DNA from: Octopus bimaculoides
Lineage: Eukaryota
Reading direction: 5' to 3'
NCBI RefSeq assembly: GCF_001194135.2
Contig: NC_068985.1
Location: 11,455,651-11,519,650, forward strand
Length of the DNA stretch: 64,000 bases
The notes below the pieces were generated by a model. It was not told where the DNA came from. It saw only the letters and a list, made by a program, of their open reading frames with translations, and searched no databases. A program made the translations under genes and the position numbers. Shown in pieces: positions 1 through 12,720 of this stretch. Every line of letters starts with the position of its first letter. Within the stretch, counting starts at the first letter, position 1.

Positions 1-90
1 ATATCGACCCCGAAAGGATGAAAGGCAAAGTCGACCTTGGGGGAATTTGAACTCAGAAGGTAACGGCAGACGAAATACCACTAAGAATCT
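1..90 (-). mobile_element. SINE family S1 (tRNA-headed), partial, cut by the window edge
   Basis: Reverse complement of the S1 body (ATCGACCCCGAAAGGATGAAAGGCAAAGTCGACC...GAATTTGAACTCAG), which recurs more than 10 times in the window. Confidence 0.8.
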
Positions 91-961
91 CATTGAAAAG
101 GACGCAGGAAATCGTGCTACGCCACCAGAGAGGTGGTTGCCCCGATTTAGAGAAATAGAAGCCGAATCTCCCTGAAGCCACACACTGTAATCTTAAACAA
201 AAGCATGATGCTAAGTGGTGGACGGGGGGAATGCTAGTCGACGATATTGAGCCGACACTTGAGTGTTAATAGATGTTATCGACCCCCGAAAGGATCAGAT
301 GCAAAAATAATCTCGGCAAGACTTCATCTCAGATATTAAGGTGCCAAAAGTGATATGACGCTTTGAGTATTTCTAACGTGCCCGCTACACTAACGAAGTC
401 TGTAAAAAAAAAAAAACAAGAAGAAGAAGAAGAAGAAGATCATGATGATGATGCCGATGATGATGATTAATCACAGCAACCATAACAACGGCAACAACAA
501 GGAGAAGAAAGAATAAGCAGCGATGGGCACGATTGTAACGCTTTTGACGATAGATCTGCGCAATTAAGGTTCGGCATGAAACTAAACATACGACAACATC
601 AGCGGCAACACAAACACAAACGTACGCATAGCAACATATATTTAGATAAAAACAACACTAAACTTCACATCATATGCATGCATACGCATTCTCTCCCTCG
701 CTGGCCTACTCTTATAATATGCTTAATACATAGTCTCCCAGCTTTCCAGAATACAGAGCGCTTCTAGTATCTTGTTAAGAATATAGCTCCTATCCTACTT
801 TAGTTCTTATTGTCTCCGGTTCCTTATATAATTTCTTGTAGTCTTTCACCGCCTCTCAAGTATGTGCGCGCCAAAACATGCGCGACTGATCGCGCACCTG
901 TTTATTTATATAATATTTTATGTATGTATATGTTCATATCTGTATGACTAAGCGTTTGCAA

Positions 962-1012
<51 letters not shown>

Positions 1013-1207
1013 CACACATACATACATATCTATATATATATATGTACGTACGTATGTATGCATATATGTATGTTTGCATATATATATATATATATATATA
1101 CAGATACATATACACACAGAGCCGAATGCATATGAACGTGCACATTGACATACACCTATTCGCAAACAGATATGTCATGCAGACTAATATATGTGTGGGA
1201 GTACCTC

Positions 1208-1238
<31 letters not shown>

Positions 1239-1500
1239 GTGTGTTAGTGTGCGAATGTTCACAGAGACACCCACGCTCGCAGAAGAGCGGAGACATATAA
1301 GCACGTGTGGGTGGGTATACGAACACACATATTCAACCACACTCACACACACATATTCTTGCATTATATCTATATCCATACCGATATATATGTACACACA
1401 CACACAAACACACACACACATATATATATAATGCATATATATGTATAGATGTATAGGTGTATGTATGGAAGGGTCTGTGAGTGCGTCATTATGTGCTTTC

Positions 1501-1565
<65 letters not shown>

Positions 1566-2012
1566 GTATATATATGTGTGTGTGCGCGTGTGTATAGAGA
1601 GCTGCATTTATGAATGCCTTGCGTTTATGAACGCCATTTCATTGGGATGTTTTATTTCTCATATCTCTTTACAAATTCATGCTTCTGGCCGTCATCAAAC
1701 TCTAACTTCCTGTCTCTCAAACTCCCAAACCTCATGTCGAACGATCCTCCCTTTTTTAATTAGATACCAACCCACCTTAGAAGCCTAAACACTCGTAAAA
1801 TTAATTAGTAGCAACACAGACACACACACACACACATTCCTATACTCATATATACATATATACATTCACATACCTATCTCTTGATACACGAAATTAAAAC
1901 TGCGTTGACCTTATTTCTTTAATCCACACCCTCTCCAAACTTGACAGAAATAACAGCATGAAGAATAGAGCAATGCATTACCATCCTCACCCATTTCTTT
2001 GGATTTGAAAAT

Positions 2013-2434
2013 GATCTTTTCTTCTCTAGGCACAAGGCCCGAAATTTTTGGGGAGTGCGGTCAGTCGATTAGATCGACCCTAGTACGCAACTGGTACTTA
2101 ATTTATCAACCCTAAAAAGATTATAGGTAAAGTCGACCTCGGCGGAATTTGAACTCAGAACATAAAGACAGACGAAATACCGCTAAGCATTTCGTCCGTC
2201 TTTTCTAACGTTTCTTATTTCTTTATTGCCAACAAGGTGCCAAACATAGGGCGGACAAACAAGGACAGACAAAGAGATTAAGTCGATTACGTCGTCCCCA
2301 GTAAACAACTGGTACTTAATTTATCGAACCCGAAAGGATGAAAGGTAAAGTCGACCTCGGCGGAATTTGAACTAAGAACGTAAAGACAAACGAAGTATCG
2401 CTAAGCTTTTCTCCCGTTTCTGCCAGCTCGCCGC
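2013..2434 (-). mobile_element. S1 heterodimer (full monomer with tail b plus head-truncated monomer with tail a)
   Basis: Two tandem S1 bodies, each with a B-box (GAGTTCAAATTCC on the minus strand). The whole dimer is flanked by the 12-bp direct repeat GGATTTGAAAAT at 2001-2012 and 2439-2450. Confidence 0.85.
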
Positions 2435-2966
2435 TTTGGGATTTGAAAATAATAACATTTGTATGTATATGTACGTAAAGATATACACACGTAACTGTCT
2501 ACATATATACATACATACACCCACATACATGCAAAGACGTACACACTCGCATTCTTACCACACAGCCACGCCTGCACACACACACGCATTCACATAAATA
2601 TACATGATGTGGAAGTTGAAAGAGATATGCGCGCTTGTGCATGTGTGAATTTCCAATGATTTCCGATTGTGACGTTATGTCCATTGAAACATTTCCACTT
2701 TGTCGCTGTTTCGTTGTAGATAGTGATCACTCCGATGACAAAGATATTTGATCAAGCTATTCCCACGTGTACACTTAAATGACATTCATTCGTACGGATG
2801 TGTATTTTTATATTTCTATATCACATATTGTGTTACTCGTCCATTAAAAACGTCATCATGTAATTTTAGTGCTTTTTGAGTGAGATTTGTTTGCGATTAT
2901 TAAAAGATTGTCTAGCCACGTAGGTGATTGCTTGCTGGCTCCTTTATTTGCAGCATCTTTGAGGTA

Positions 2967-3018
<52 letters not shown>

Positions 3019-3159
3019 CACGTGTCAGTGGACAAGAACGAAAAAAGAGAAAGAGGTACTCGAGGCATTAGATAGAAGTTACATGTACTCTTATTTTTGA
3101 TAGCATATGAATTTTGCTCCATGCATTTCAAAACTCTCGTATGCTGGTCATTCGATCAC

Positions 3160-3215
3160 CCACGCCTGACGAGCGAGGTTTTTATCACGAGCTTACGAAA
3201 CTTTAAGTTGTATGG
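3160..3215 (+). ncRNA. Degenerate type-I hammerhead-like motif with canonical core
   Basis: CCACGC-CTGACGA-GCGAG...CTTAC-GAAA-CTTTAAG-TT-GTATGG. Stem I pairs 5/6, stem II pairs 4/5, and stem III is short. It lies in a ~220-bp segment between microsatellites. Confidence 0.45.
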
Positions 3216-3290
3216 ATCAAGATTATTAAAAAGTAATATATGTGTGTGTGTATGTGTGTCTGTGCGCGTGTATGTACGCGTGTATGCATT

Positions 3291-3667
3291 ACTCTTTTGC
3301 TTGTTTCAGTCACTTAACTGCGGCTATGTTGGAGCACTGTTTTTAGTCGAACAAATCAATCCCAGGACTTATTTCTTGTAAGCCAAGTACTTATTCTGTC
3401 GGTTTGTTTTGCGGAACCGCTAAGTCACGGGGACGTAAACACACCAACACCAGTTGTCAAGTGATGGTGGGGGGGGGGGACAAACACAAACACACATACG
3501 CGCACACACACACATATATACGACGGGCTTCTTTCAGTTTCCGTCTACTAAATCCGCTTACAAGACTTTGGTCAGCTCGAGGCTATAGTTGAAGACGTTC
3601 GCCCAAGGTGCCACGTAGTGGGACAGAACTCGAAAGCAATGTGGTAGGGAAGCAAACTTCATAACAC
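3291..3667 (-). mobile_element. SINE family S2 (tRNA head, CORE-like CCTTGGGCAAGTG block, central microsatellite)
   Basis: Matches the S2 consensus seen at 4481, 8549, 18301 and elsewhere. CORE similarity is judged from the MIR-like motif GACCTTGGGCAAGT. Confidence 0.85.
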
Positions 3668-4480
3668 GTTACTCCAAATCTTGCTGCAATAAAGTTGATT
3701 TCCAAATATCTAAGATATTTTATTAGAAACAATCCCTTATTTCTGTCCCTTTATCATCTGTAGTATACCTTTCTGAAGGTGCATATCGTAACGGTTGGGC
3801 CAGTGGATTTATGACCGTTGGATTTTGGGTTTCCTTATTGGGATAAGCAACGTGTTGTGACCTTGTGCAATACACTTCATTCCATATTCTTCCAGTATAC
3901 TAAGATGACAACACGATTGGGGCCCGTTGAAATAGCGAGTGTCATATATATTTGATGTCCAAATGCATCAGAACAAAGACCATCATTACAGCAATGTCCC
4001 CTTGGAAAAACAATGCACCAGAATACTCTACAACCATATCATACGTAGATAAGATTTGGGCCTGTATACTCTTATAAAACGAGACTGCACGGAACACGAG
4101 ATAACTCCAACCACATGAGCCTTAATTTTGAGACAGATATTCTAATGCTTGTATATGAAATATTTTACAGATTTGATACTTATAGCATATGACAGATTTT
4201 ATAGTATATATAGGACTGTATATATATGTCAGACTTTACACTGTGTGTAGGAATATAGCATATGACAGAATTTATAACGTGCTTAAGACTCGCTCTCTTG
4301 TCTTATACAAGTTAAGGTTTGCACATATATGCTATTTCTTATAGAGACGATGACTATTTGTAGCGAGCGTAAGACCCTCACAATGATCGGTCGTGGTCTT
4401 ATACAGGATGACGGATTTGCCAAAAATCAGAAGTTAGATACATCTAGTCACTTAGAGGATCTGTTGCACAGTCTGTGTCT

Positions 4481-4628
4481 AGGAATGGCTCTGTGGTAAG
4501 TAGCTTGTTTTCCAACAACATGGTTCTGGGTTCAGTCCCACTGCGTGGCACTTTGGGATAGTGTCTTCTCGGGCCGACCAAAGCTTTGCGTGGATTTGGT
4601 AGGCGGAAACTGAAAGAATCCCGTCGTA

Positions 4629-4705
<77 letters not shown>

Positions 4706-4907
4706 TTGTATGTCTGTGTTTATCCCCCCGACGTCGCTTGACAACCGATGGTGGTATGTTTACGTCCCCGTAACTTAGCGGTTCGGCAGAAAAGTCCGAT
4801 AGAATAAGTACTAGGCTTACAAAGAATAAGTCCTGGGGTCGAGTTCCTCGACTAAAGGCGTTGCTTCACCATGGCCGCAGTCAAATGATTGAAACAAGTA
4901 AAAGAGC
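4481..4907 (+). mobile_element. SINE S2, near full length
   Basis: Head GGAATGGCTCTGTGGTAAG, B-box-like GGGTTCAGTCCC, central (TA)n(TG)n, and tail CATGGCCGCAGTCAAATGATTGAAACAAGTAAAAGAG. Confidence 0.9.
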
Positions 4908-5430
4908 AAGGCTTTGTTAACTCATGGCTATGTTACAAAAATTTTATCAGTGGTTACACGAGTTCGAATCGATCCACGAACTACGAGAATACGATGTGAA
5001 ATTCTTATTCAGACAGTTTAAATATATCGACAACCGATTTTCATGAACAACAGCGAAGTTTTTCACTCTAGTTATTATTAGATTCTTTGTCTTTAAATAT
5101 TGGTGACGTAGGCTGTCAACGCCTGGAGAAAGATTTTTATCATTTAGTATGCGTTGTCTGTCTGGGGAGGGAGTCAGTAGGACTTTGTAAAGAGACACGA
5201 CATTTTATGCAAATATTTGCATTACTTATTTATAAGATAGGTGATCGTGAAAACTATAGTTCATGATGATGACGATAGTGATGATGATGACGGTCATGAT
5301 GATGATGACGACAAAGAAGACGGTGATGTTGATGGTAGGGAGGACGACGATGCTGCTACGGGTGACGATGATGATGTCGTTGTTGGTGATGGTAATGCTG
5401 CTAGTGTTACGGCAGGTTATTATTATTATT

Positions 5431-5640
5431 GAGGCGAGCTGGCAGAGACGTTAGCGCGCCGGGCGAAATGCTTATCGGTATTTCGTCTGTCTTTACGTTC
5501 TGAGTTCAAATTCCGCCGAGGTCAACTTTGCCTTTCATCCTTTCGGGGTCGATAAATTAAGTACCAGTTTCGTGTTGGGGTTGATCTAATCGACTGGCCG
5601 CCTCCCCACCAAATTTTGGGCCTTGTGCCTAGAGAAGAAA
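5431..5640 (+). mobile_element. SINE S1 (tail a)
   Basis: GGCGAGCTGGCAGA head, GAGTTCAAATTCC B-box, and tail GGGCCTTGTGCCTAGAG. Confidence 0.9.
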
Positions 5641-5712
5641 CAGATATCGTTGTTGATGATGATGGTAATGCTGTTAGTGTTACTGCAGATTATTATTATT
5701 ATTATTATTATT

Positions 5713-5928
5713 GAGACGAGCTCGCAGAAACGTTAGCACGCCGGGCGAAATGCTTAGCGATATTTCGACTGTTGCTGCGTTCTGAGTTTAAAGTTCCGCC
5801 AAGGTCGACTTTGCTTTTCATTCTTTCAGAGTCGATAAATTTAAGTACCAGTTGAGTATTGGTATCGATGTAATCGACTTCACCCCTCCCCTTAAATATC
5901 AGGATTTGAACCTTTAGTGGGGAGAATT
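5713..5928 (+). mobile_element. SINE S1 (variant tail)
   Basis: Second S1 body, preceded by a copy of the same ~60-bp 5' flank as the 5431 copy. Confidence 0.85.
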
Positions 5929-6995
5929 ATTACCTCCGCCTCAGCGAGGGCGGAGGTATTGTTTTTCAGTCGTGTTTGTTTGTTTGTTTCTTAGTTTGTT
6001 GATAAGATGTCTCAAGAACCGTTTGATGGATTCGGATGAAACTTTCAGGGATGTTTGGTTTCGTGACTGCCAGGAACTGATTAGGTTTTGGGATCGATCC
6101 GATAACGGACAAGGATTCTGGATTATTTGTTATATTTACTTTATTTTACATGAAGTATTACGATTTTGCGTTGACTTTCAAGTGTTTCTCTGATTATCTT
6201 CCTTGAAAGCAAGGTTAAGATTTCCACGTAAGCTACGGCGGCGTTGCTGTTTCAAAGTTTCACTTTCGTTTCTCTACTTTTAATTTTACTTGTGTCTCTA
6301 TCAGAGTAGAAACCGATGAATAAAGATATCATGCTACATAAACAAACAGCAGCAAAACTGTTCAGAAATTAAAAAACACTAACATATTCAGTAACAATAA
6401 TGAATTTAATTTATCTTCGACAATTTTTAGTTTTACCAATTTTGAATATATCGCTCCTATTTAAAACACCTTATCCACTTGACAATAGCATTTCTAGCTC
6501 TACCTTGAAGGAAGCTTCACTTCTTGGACTTATACTTTTGTGCGTAACTACGTTGTTAAACCTCCGTTATCAGCACCGTATGCAGGTTCTTTACGTTTTC
6601 TTTCACACACGGATACATTTTTCACTATAGACCTTAATGGTCGTAAAGACACTATATCAGTGAATAGACTAAAAAAGACCTTCATAGAGAAATCTATCAC
6701 TGTTACCGCTACAGACGACACACACACAACATTACAAATACGGCCCACAGACCCACGTTTCACATTCCATGACCACTATTGGGGTCGATCCGGTATCGGA
6801 CACGGATTCTGGATTATTTTCCCGGTTTTTTCTTACTGAATTTTTGAAAGCGGTTGGGTTCATTTTTAGTATTCTCGCTTGTGAGAGTGGTCGAGTTTAT
6901 TTCAGATATTCTCATTTTAAAAATCATTTCTGGATAATCGTTGAGAAGACGTTAGTGTTGCTTTGGCGGAGGTTTGCACTCTCCGAGTGCTCTTA
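5929..6995 (+). mobile_element. Helentron-associated non-autonomous element (HINE/DINE-1-like architecture)
   Basis: 5' 10-bp stem TACCTCCGCC/GGCGGAGGTA (5931-5958) followed by (GTTT)n. 3' subterminal repeat GGCGGAGGT (6965-6973), then hairpin GCACTC-tcc-GAGTGC (6976-6990) and a T-rich end. Confidence 0.75.
6522..6690 (+). mobile_element. Ty3/Gypsy integrase C-terminal (GPY/F-like) fragment
   Basis: The frame reads SWTYTFVRNYVVKPPLSAPYAGSLRFLSHTDTFFTIDLNGRKDTISVNRLKKTFIE, resembling the Gypsy ...FVR...KPPL.PPY.GPF.V...TV.IDRLK pattern. No LTRs are visible. Confidence 0.75.
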
Positions 6996-7256
6996 TTATA
7001 TTATCATCATCATCAATAATAATAATAATAAAGGGATATCCGAAACATCTAGATAGGATCCCAGGAGAACCTTGTCTCAGAGAAATCCAAGATATTATGC
7101 TTAGAAGTACTGCACCCATTCTTACCGAATACATTTAAATGTCTGTGTTGTATGACATGAAGATATTTCGCTACTGCCCCTGCCACTCCCCCTCCCTTGG
7201 CTTTCAGTCATACTGTAACATCTCTTAAAATAAGGACACAATAAACAAGCAAAAAC

Positions 7257-7297
<41 letters not shown>

Positions 7298-7772
7298 ACG
7301 CACGCACGCACATAAATCCTTTCTGCTGTAAGCACAAATCCTCAAATTTTGAGCCAGGAGTCTTGTCGATTACAACAGCTCCAGGGCTCAACTGGTTGTT
7401 TATTCATCAGCACCAAAGAGATGATAGGCAGAGTTGACTTCGGTGGATTTGAACTCAGGGCTCAAAGCCAGAAAAACTGCTGCTAAGCTAAATGCCAGCT
7501 GCAATCGACTAGACCATTCCTCTCAAATTTGAGGTTTTCTGCGTTTTTTAGAATGTCTACAGTACTGTACAGTGAACAAGATAGTGTACTTCAATTTTGA
7601 GTGACATCATATATACGCCGACTGCTCATAAGTGTGTCATAAATTTTACATGCTAAGGAAATCCTGTTTACAAATATATGCCAAGTTCAGGGTTACTAGA
7701 CTTGTGACTAACAGCATCATATTCCGGATTAATGTCTAAAACATGATAACCATATATATTTAACCATATATA

Positions 7773-8001
7773 TTGGGTTGTTCGGAAAGTTCGTGCCGAT
7801 TTATAGTAGCTTACCTTTCGACTTATTTGCCATGAAACCACCTCAGTTCTGGGAAGAGGGTATTTTCAAGTTAAAGGAAAGATGGAGACGCATTGTGCAA
7901 GAAAATGGTTCATATTTGGTTGATTAAAAATGTAATGGCAAATATTTATTGATCTTTTATCTGTCCTTTAAAAATTGGCACGAACTTTTCGGAGAACCCA
8001 A
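7773..8001 (+). mobile_element. mariner-derived MITE
   Basis: ~30-bp TIRs TTGGGTTGTTCGGAAAGTTCGTGCCGATTT / AAATTGGCACGAACTTTTCGGAGAACCCAA with TA on both sides. Internal frame FWEEGIFKLKERWRRIVQENGSYLVD* matches a mariner transposase C-terminus. Confidence 0.9.
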
Positions 8002-8035
8002 TATATATACATACATGCATACATATCTACTACTT

Positions 8036-8068
<33 letters not shown>

Positions 8069-8548
8069 AGTTTATTGCGTTTCTGGTAATTCAGATGCAT
8101 ATGTGGAAAACAAAAGAGATAGAAAGAGGAAGAGCGAGAGAGAGAAAGAAAGCGAAAGAGAGAGCTGGAGTAGAAGGGTAATGAACCAGAGACAAAGAGC
8201 AATAGGAGAAACGGTGAGTATGTGTGTAAGAGAGAGAGGCAGACAAAATAAAATTTTCATAAATATGAAAGGTATCGCTTTCATTGCGATACAAAATGCT
8301 TACAAAGAATTCGCAGGACTAATATTACCCACCACTTACTACTGCCAAGACAACATAGGACTTGTTCTTTTCCTTATTAGTATCTCGGCTTATGTTTTTC
8401 TCTTTTGATAATGCGCTCAAAAGCCGTACTCGGTCTCCTAGAGATGCTACATCTATTCACGTTGATTACAGGTCAAGATTTGCCGTTATCTAGACCTATA
8501 ATCAATCATTAGTCTCCAACTCAAAAATTTTGTCGACGAAACCCTATC

Positions 8549-8753
8549 TCTTTTACTCTTTTACTTGTTTCAGTCATTTGACTGCGGTCATGCTGGAGCA
8601 CAACCTTTAGTCGAGCAAATAGACCCCAGGATTTATTCTTTGTAAGTCTAGTACTTATTCTATCGGTCTCTTTTGCCGAACTGCTAAGTTACGGGGACCT
8701 AAACACACCACCATCGGTTGTCAAGCGATATTGGGGGGGACAAACACAAACAG

Positions 8754-8804
<51 letters not shown>

Positions 8805-8975
8805 AATATATACATATATATGACGGGCTTCTATCAGTTTCCGTTTACCAAATCCACTCAAGGCTTTGGTCAGCCCGGGGCTATAGTAGAAGACACTTGC
8901 CCAAGGTGCCACGCAGTGGGAATGAACCCGGAGCCATGTGGTTTGTAAGCAATCTACTTAGCACACAGCCACACC
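8549..8975 (-). mobile_element. SINE S2, near full length
   Basis: Complete reverse-oriented S2 with a central (CA)n(TA)n. Confidence 0.9.
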
Positions 8976-9019
8976 TTATCATCAAATAAAATATTTGTGT
9001 TCCTGTTGCTGTGGCCAAA

Positions 9020-9236
9020 GGCGGCGAACTGGTAGAATCGTCAGCTCGCCAGACAAAATCCTTAGCGGTATTCCATTTCGCATTACGTTTGAATTTAAAT
9101 CCCGGCCATATCGATCTTACTTCCAATTCTTTCGGAGGTCGATCAAATGCGTCCCAGTTGAGACCTGGCGGTCGATGTAATTTATTTGACCTCTCCAAAC
9201 TAAATTTCAGATCTTGTTCCTAGAGTAGAAAGTGAT
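9020..9236 (+). mobile_element. SINE S1, diverged
   Basis: GGCGGCGAACTGGTAGAA head and CCTAGAGTAGAAAG tail; body degenerate. Confidence 0.7.
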
Positions 9237-9784
9237 AAATTCTCACAAAAATACAGGGTTGGGACGTAAAGACGAACACTGAATGAGAGCTACGTTAAAG
9301 GTACGTGCATCTATAGAATCCTCAGTCACTTCCACGTTAATTTCATAAACAAACTTCATCATTAATTGGATCCTCTGGAACCCTCCTCGTTGTAACCATC
9401 GGAATGCTATTTTTATGATAGTGCGATGCATTTTAGGGAAAACTTAGCTATATCCTTTAGGTGTTCTGATTTGATTTAGGTTGTAATGTTCCATTTTGAA
9501 AATTGGGGTAAATTAAATAGGCTGTGATGAAGCATATATTGCTATATAATTATATAGGTATTGTGAAAATAACTGTGTTCATTCACACAAAAATTACCAG
9601 AAAGAACTGACCTAAAAATGGTGAAGGAAAAATATACATTCACATGCATTCACAGACACACACACAGACACACGCACGCACACATGCACGTGCGCGCATA
9701 CATTACAGCACACACAAATATGTTTACGTTAGCATATATATACATACACAGACACACAAACACATAAATATATTTATGTATATA

Positions 9785-10175
9785 CAGTGATATCTCGCAG
9801 TACGAGTTTAATTCGTTCCATGACCGAGCTCGTTTTACGATTTACTCGTTTTACGATTTACTCGTTTTACAAATCAATTTCCCCCATTGATATTAACTAA
9901 ATGATAATTAATCCGTTCCAGCCCACAAAACACACTCAAAGATAATTTTTTAATGGGTTTTAAAACAGAAAACGTTTAGCTACAAGTAAAATGACAATTA
10001 TAAAACAGAAAATGCAAAAGCAATATGGAAACTGGTTTTATTAACTGAATAACTTTAAAGACGGGACGATTTGTCTGCTCGTACTGTGGATTTCCGCAGG
10101 TACTTCAAGTTAAAGTTTGCTGTACGAGTCTTGGCTCGTACATCAAATTACTCGTACAATGGTGTACTCTTACTG
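9785..10175. mobile_element. pogo/Tigger-like MITE remnant
   Basis: TA-CAGTG start and degenerate ...CTCGTAC...CTG end. Contains a 16-bp tandem CTCGTTTTACGATTTA x2.6 at 9829-9870. Confidence 0.5.
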
Positions 10176-10186
10176 AAAAAATCTTA

Positions 10187-10300
10187 GTACATCGCGGGTT
10201 CTGCAGCCGATAGGTATTTATATTTATTTAGATTTTAATTATTTCTGTGGGGGTGGGGTGGGGGTGGAACGTAATACTCGCGATAGTCGAGGGATTATTG
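10187..10300. mobile_element. Partial CAGTAATCCCTCG-TIR MITE (family of 21101 and 27286)
   Basis: Shares TAGTACATCGCGGGTT(T)CTGCAGCCG with the 21101 element and ends CGCGATAGTCGAGGGATTATTG-TA. Confidence 0.6.
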
Positions 10301-10340
10301 TATATGTCTGTCTGTATGCATGTACGTATGTATGTATATA

Positions 10341-10543
10341 CAGGGTGTTTTAAAAGTCTCTCCGCAGTATTTTATTGCAAAATAAATGTTTATAAAATGG
10401 TATAAAACTACAAAGAATATATTAGACTTTACAAGACTTTAAAAAACTTTATAAGAGGTGTCGTCCTTCTTTTTCAATGCATATGTTGACTCTTCTACAC
10501 ATTTAAAAAAATACATCTTCGCAGAGACATCTTGGACACCCTG
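10341..10543. mobile_element. Tc1/mariner-type MITE
   Basis: Terminal CAGGGTGT.../...ACACCCTG with degenerate longer TIRs and TA at the left. Confidence 0.6.
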
Positions 10544-10740
10544 CATGTATGTAGATATGTTTATATGTATGTATGGCTCTGTGTGTATGTATGTGTGTTT
10601 GTGTATAAGGAGTTTGGTGTTACAAACAAGAAAAATAGAAAAATAGAACTGAAAACACGAGGTTATATATTTATTTTTATTACTATTTAGCAGAAACAGC
10701 AGACTGATTCAAATTGATAGTTTCGTGAATTGGCATTTGT

Positions 10741-10770
<30 letters not shown>

Positions 10771-10771
<1 letters not shown>

Positions 10772-11103
10772 CGTAACACTCCGTCGGTTACGACGACGAG
10801 GGTCCCAGCTGATACGATCAACGGAACAGCCTGCTCCTGAAATTAACGTGCAAGCGGCTGAGCACTCCACAGATGCGTGCACCCTTAACGTAGTTCACTC
10901 GGAGATTCAGCGAGAAACAGAGTGTGACAAGACTGACCCTTTGAAATATAAGTACAACAGAAACAGGAAGAAAGAGTACAGCAGGGTTCACCACCAGTTT
11001 TAGGTGTTTCCCTAAATAAACACTCACATCAACCGGTCTGGGAATCGAAACCGCGATCCTACAACCGCGAGTCCGGTGCCCTAACCACTGGGCCATTGCG
11101 CCT
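10771..11103 (-). mobile_element. SINE family S3 (tRNA-Arg-like head), internally deleted
   Basis: Minus strand reads GGCGCAATGGCCCAGTGGTTAGGG...GGTTTCGATTCCC ... CCCTCGTCGTCGTAACCGACGGAGTG; same family as 40515. Confidence 0.9.
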
Positions 11104-12194
11104 CTCTCTCTCTCTCTCTCTCTCCCTCTCTCTCATATATATATATGTATATATATATATATACACACACATATGCACATATATATATTTATGTATACAT
11201 ACATATATGTGTGTGTGTGTGTGTGTATGAATACGTGTGTGATCATGCGTGTGGAAGGGAGAGAAAGAGAGAGACAGAGAGAGACAGAGAAAGAGAGAGA
11301 GAAGTGGTATGACTGACAACGAGTGACAGTGTGAAGAGGAAAAAATATATTTGGGAAAGCAAGATAGATAGTGGGACTTTGGATTAATTTAGGAATTCGG
11401 ATTACTAAAATATCCCCGAGTCGTCTCCGACGTGCGTTTATATAGAAGACGCCATCCACGTGTGCTATGGACATCCATTGTTATCACAATATCCACGGCG
11501 CAAGTAGACGGCGAATCCTACATCATTTTCGGATTGAGCACTCCTACCCTCATGACATTCTGCTGCTTGTTATCATTCCTGGAATTGCATGTCACCATTC
11601 ATTGAACCATAAATGCGCCTCTTCATTTTCTAAGTCGTAACTTGAGATTCTTTACATCTACATCATTTCCTCTTTCTAATTCCTCCTTTAGAATCCATCA
11701 AATTTTTATGACCAAATGTTGTGGCGTTTACTATGTCTCCATGTTGACGTTGGACTAAATATTATTTAAAATTTATAATCGAAATTTCCTCATATTTCTT
11801 TTTAAGAGAATTACACATAAAACTGTTGGTTTGTCATACCATAAAAAAAAAAGAAACATGGCTGACAAACGTTTTAAGGTTGTGTTTTCTTTTCTTGTCT
11901 GCCTGTCTATGTCACGTGATGTGTCGCCTGCACTTTTCCTTTGGCTGCGCTATATGCAGTGTGTCATCACCATGCCGTTAGTCTTTCCTTCCTTCCATAT
12001 CTGCGTGTCTGCTTATCTATTCTTCATTCTGCCTGTCACTTTGTCTATCTCAATCTGTCCGTCTGTCTTTCTATCTGTCTGACCCCCGCCCCCGCCATCA
12101 TTCTCTGCCTCTCTCGTTCTTTCACTCTCTCAGCGTATCGCTTGCTTTTTATAACTTGCTCTTGAAACATAAACATGAGCATCATCAAAAATTG

Positions 12195-12720
12195 ATGGTG
12201 TGGTTGATGGCGGGTTGACGATGATGAGGGGAAAGACGAAGAAGAGGGGGATAAAAATGATGATGGTGATGATGGTGATAATGGGGATGATGGTGATGGT
12301 GGTGGTGGTGGTGATGGTGGTGATGATGACGGAGAAGAAACAAGAGAAAGTGGAATAGATAATGATGAAGATGACGACGACCACCACTTTGATGATCGGA
12401 TGGTAACGATGTTGAGGAGGAGGAAGAGATGAAGGTTATGAAAGTATTCGGGAGGAGGAAGAAGAAGAGGGGAAATATAAAAGAGGTGATCATAATAAAG
12501 TAGAAGAAAAGTAGGATCAGACGATTATTAAGATAACGACGATGACGACGACGGCGAAGATTGTGATGGTCGTGGTGAGGTTGATGCTGATAGTAATCCT
12601 ACTGACGGCCACAAAACGATAATCACGAAGGCTGCAGATATTTTAGCATCGACAATGACGACGACAACTACTTACTATTAGAACGACAAGAATGATGATG
12701 ATGATGATGATGTTAGTAAT
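12195..12720. repeat. (GAT/GGT/GAC)n low-complexity trinucleotide region
   Basis: Imperfect trinucleotide repeats that produce spurious poly-His/Thr/Asp ORFs. Similar tracts occur at 5260-5400, 25040-25200, 25490-25630 and 56000-56130. Confidence 0.85.

Noticed and set aside
3740-4440. Complex unique-looking block, possibly a DNA transposon relic with TAAGAC...GTCTTA motifs
   Set aside because: No convincing transposase motif or terminal repeats could be established by eye.
12130-12493. Poly-His/poly-Thr ORFs (also 5241-5454 and 25015-25266)
   Set aside because: They arise from (GAT/GGT)n tracts, with no flanking complex coding sequence or splice support.
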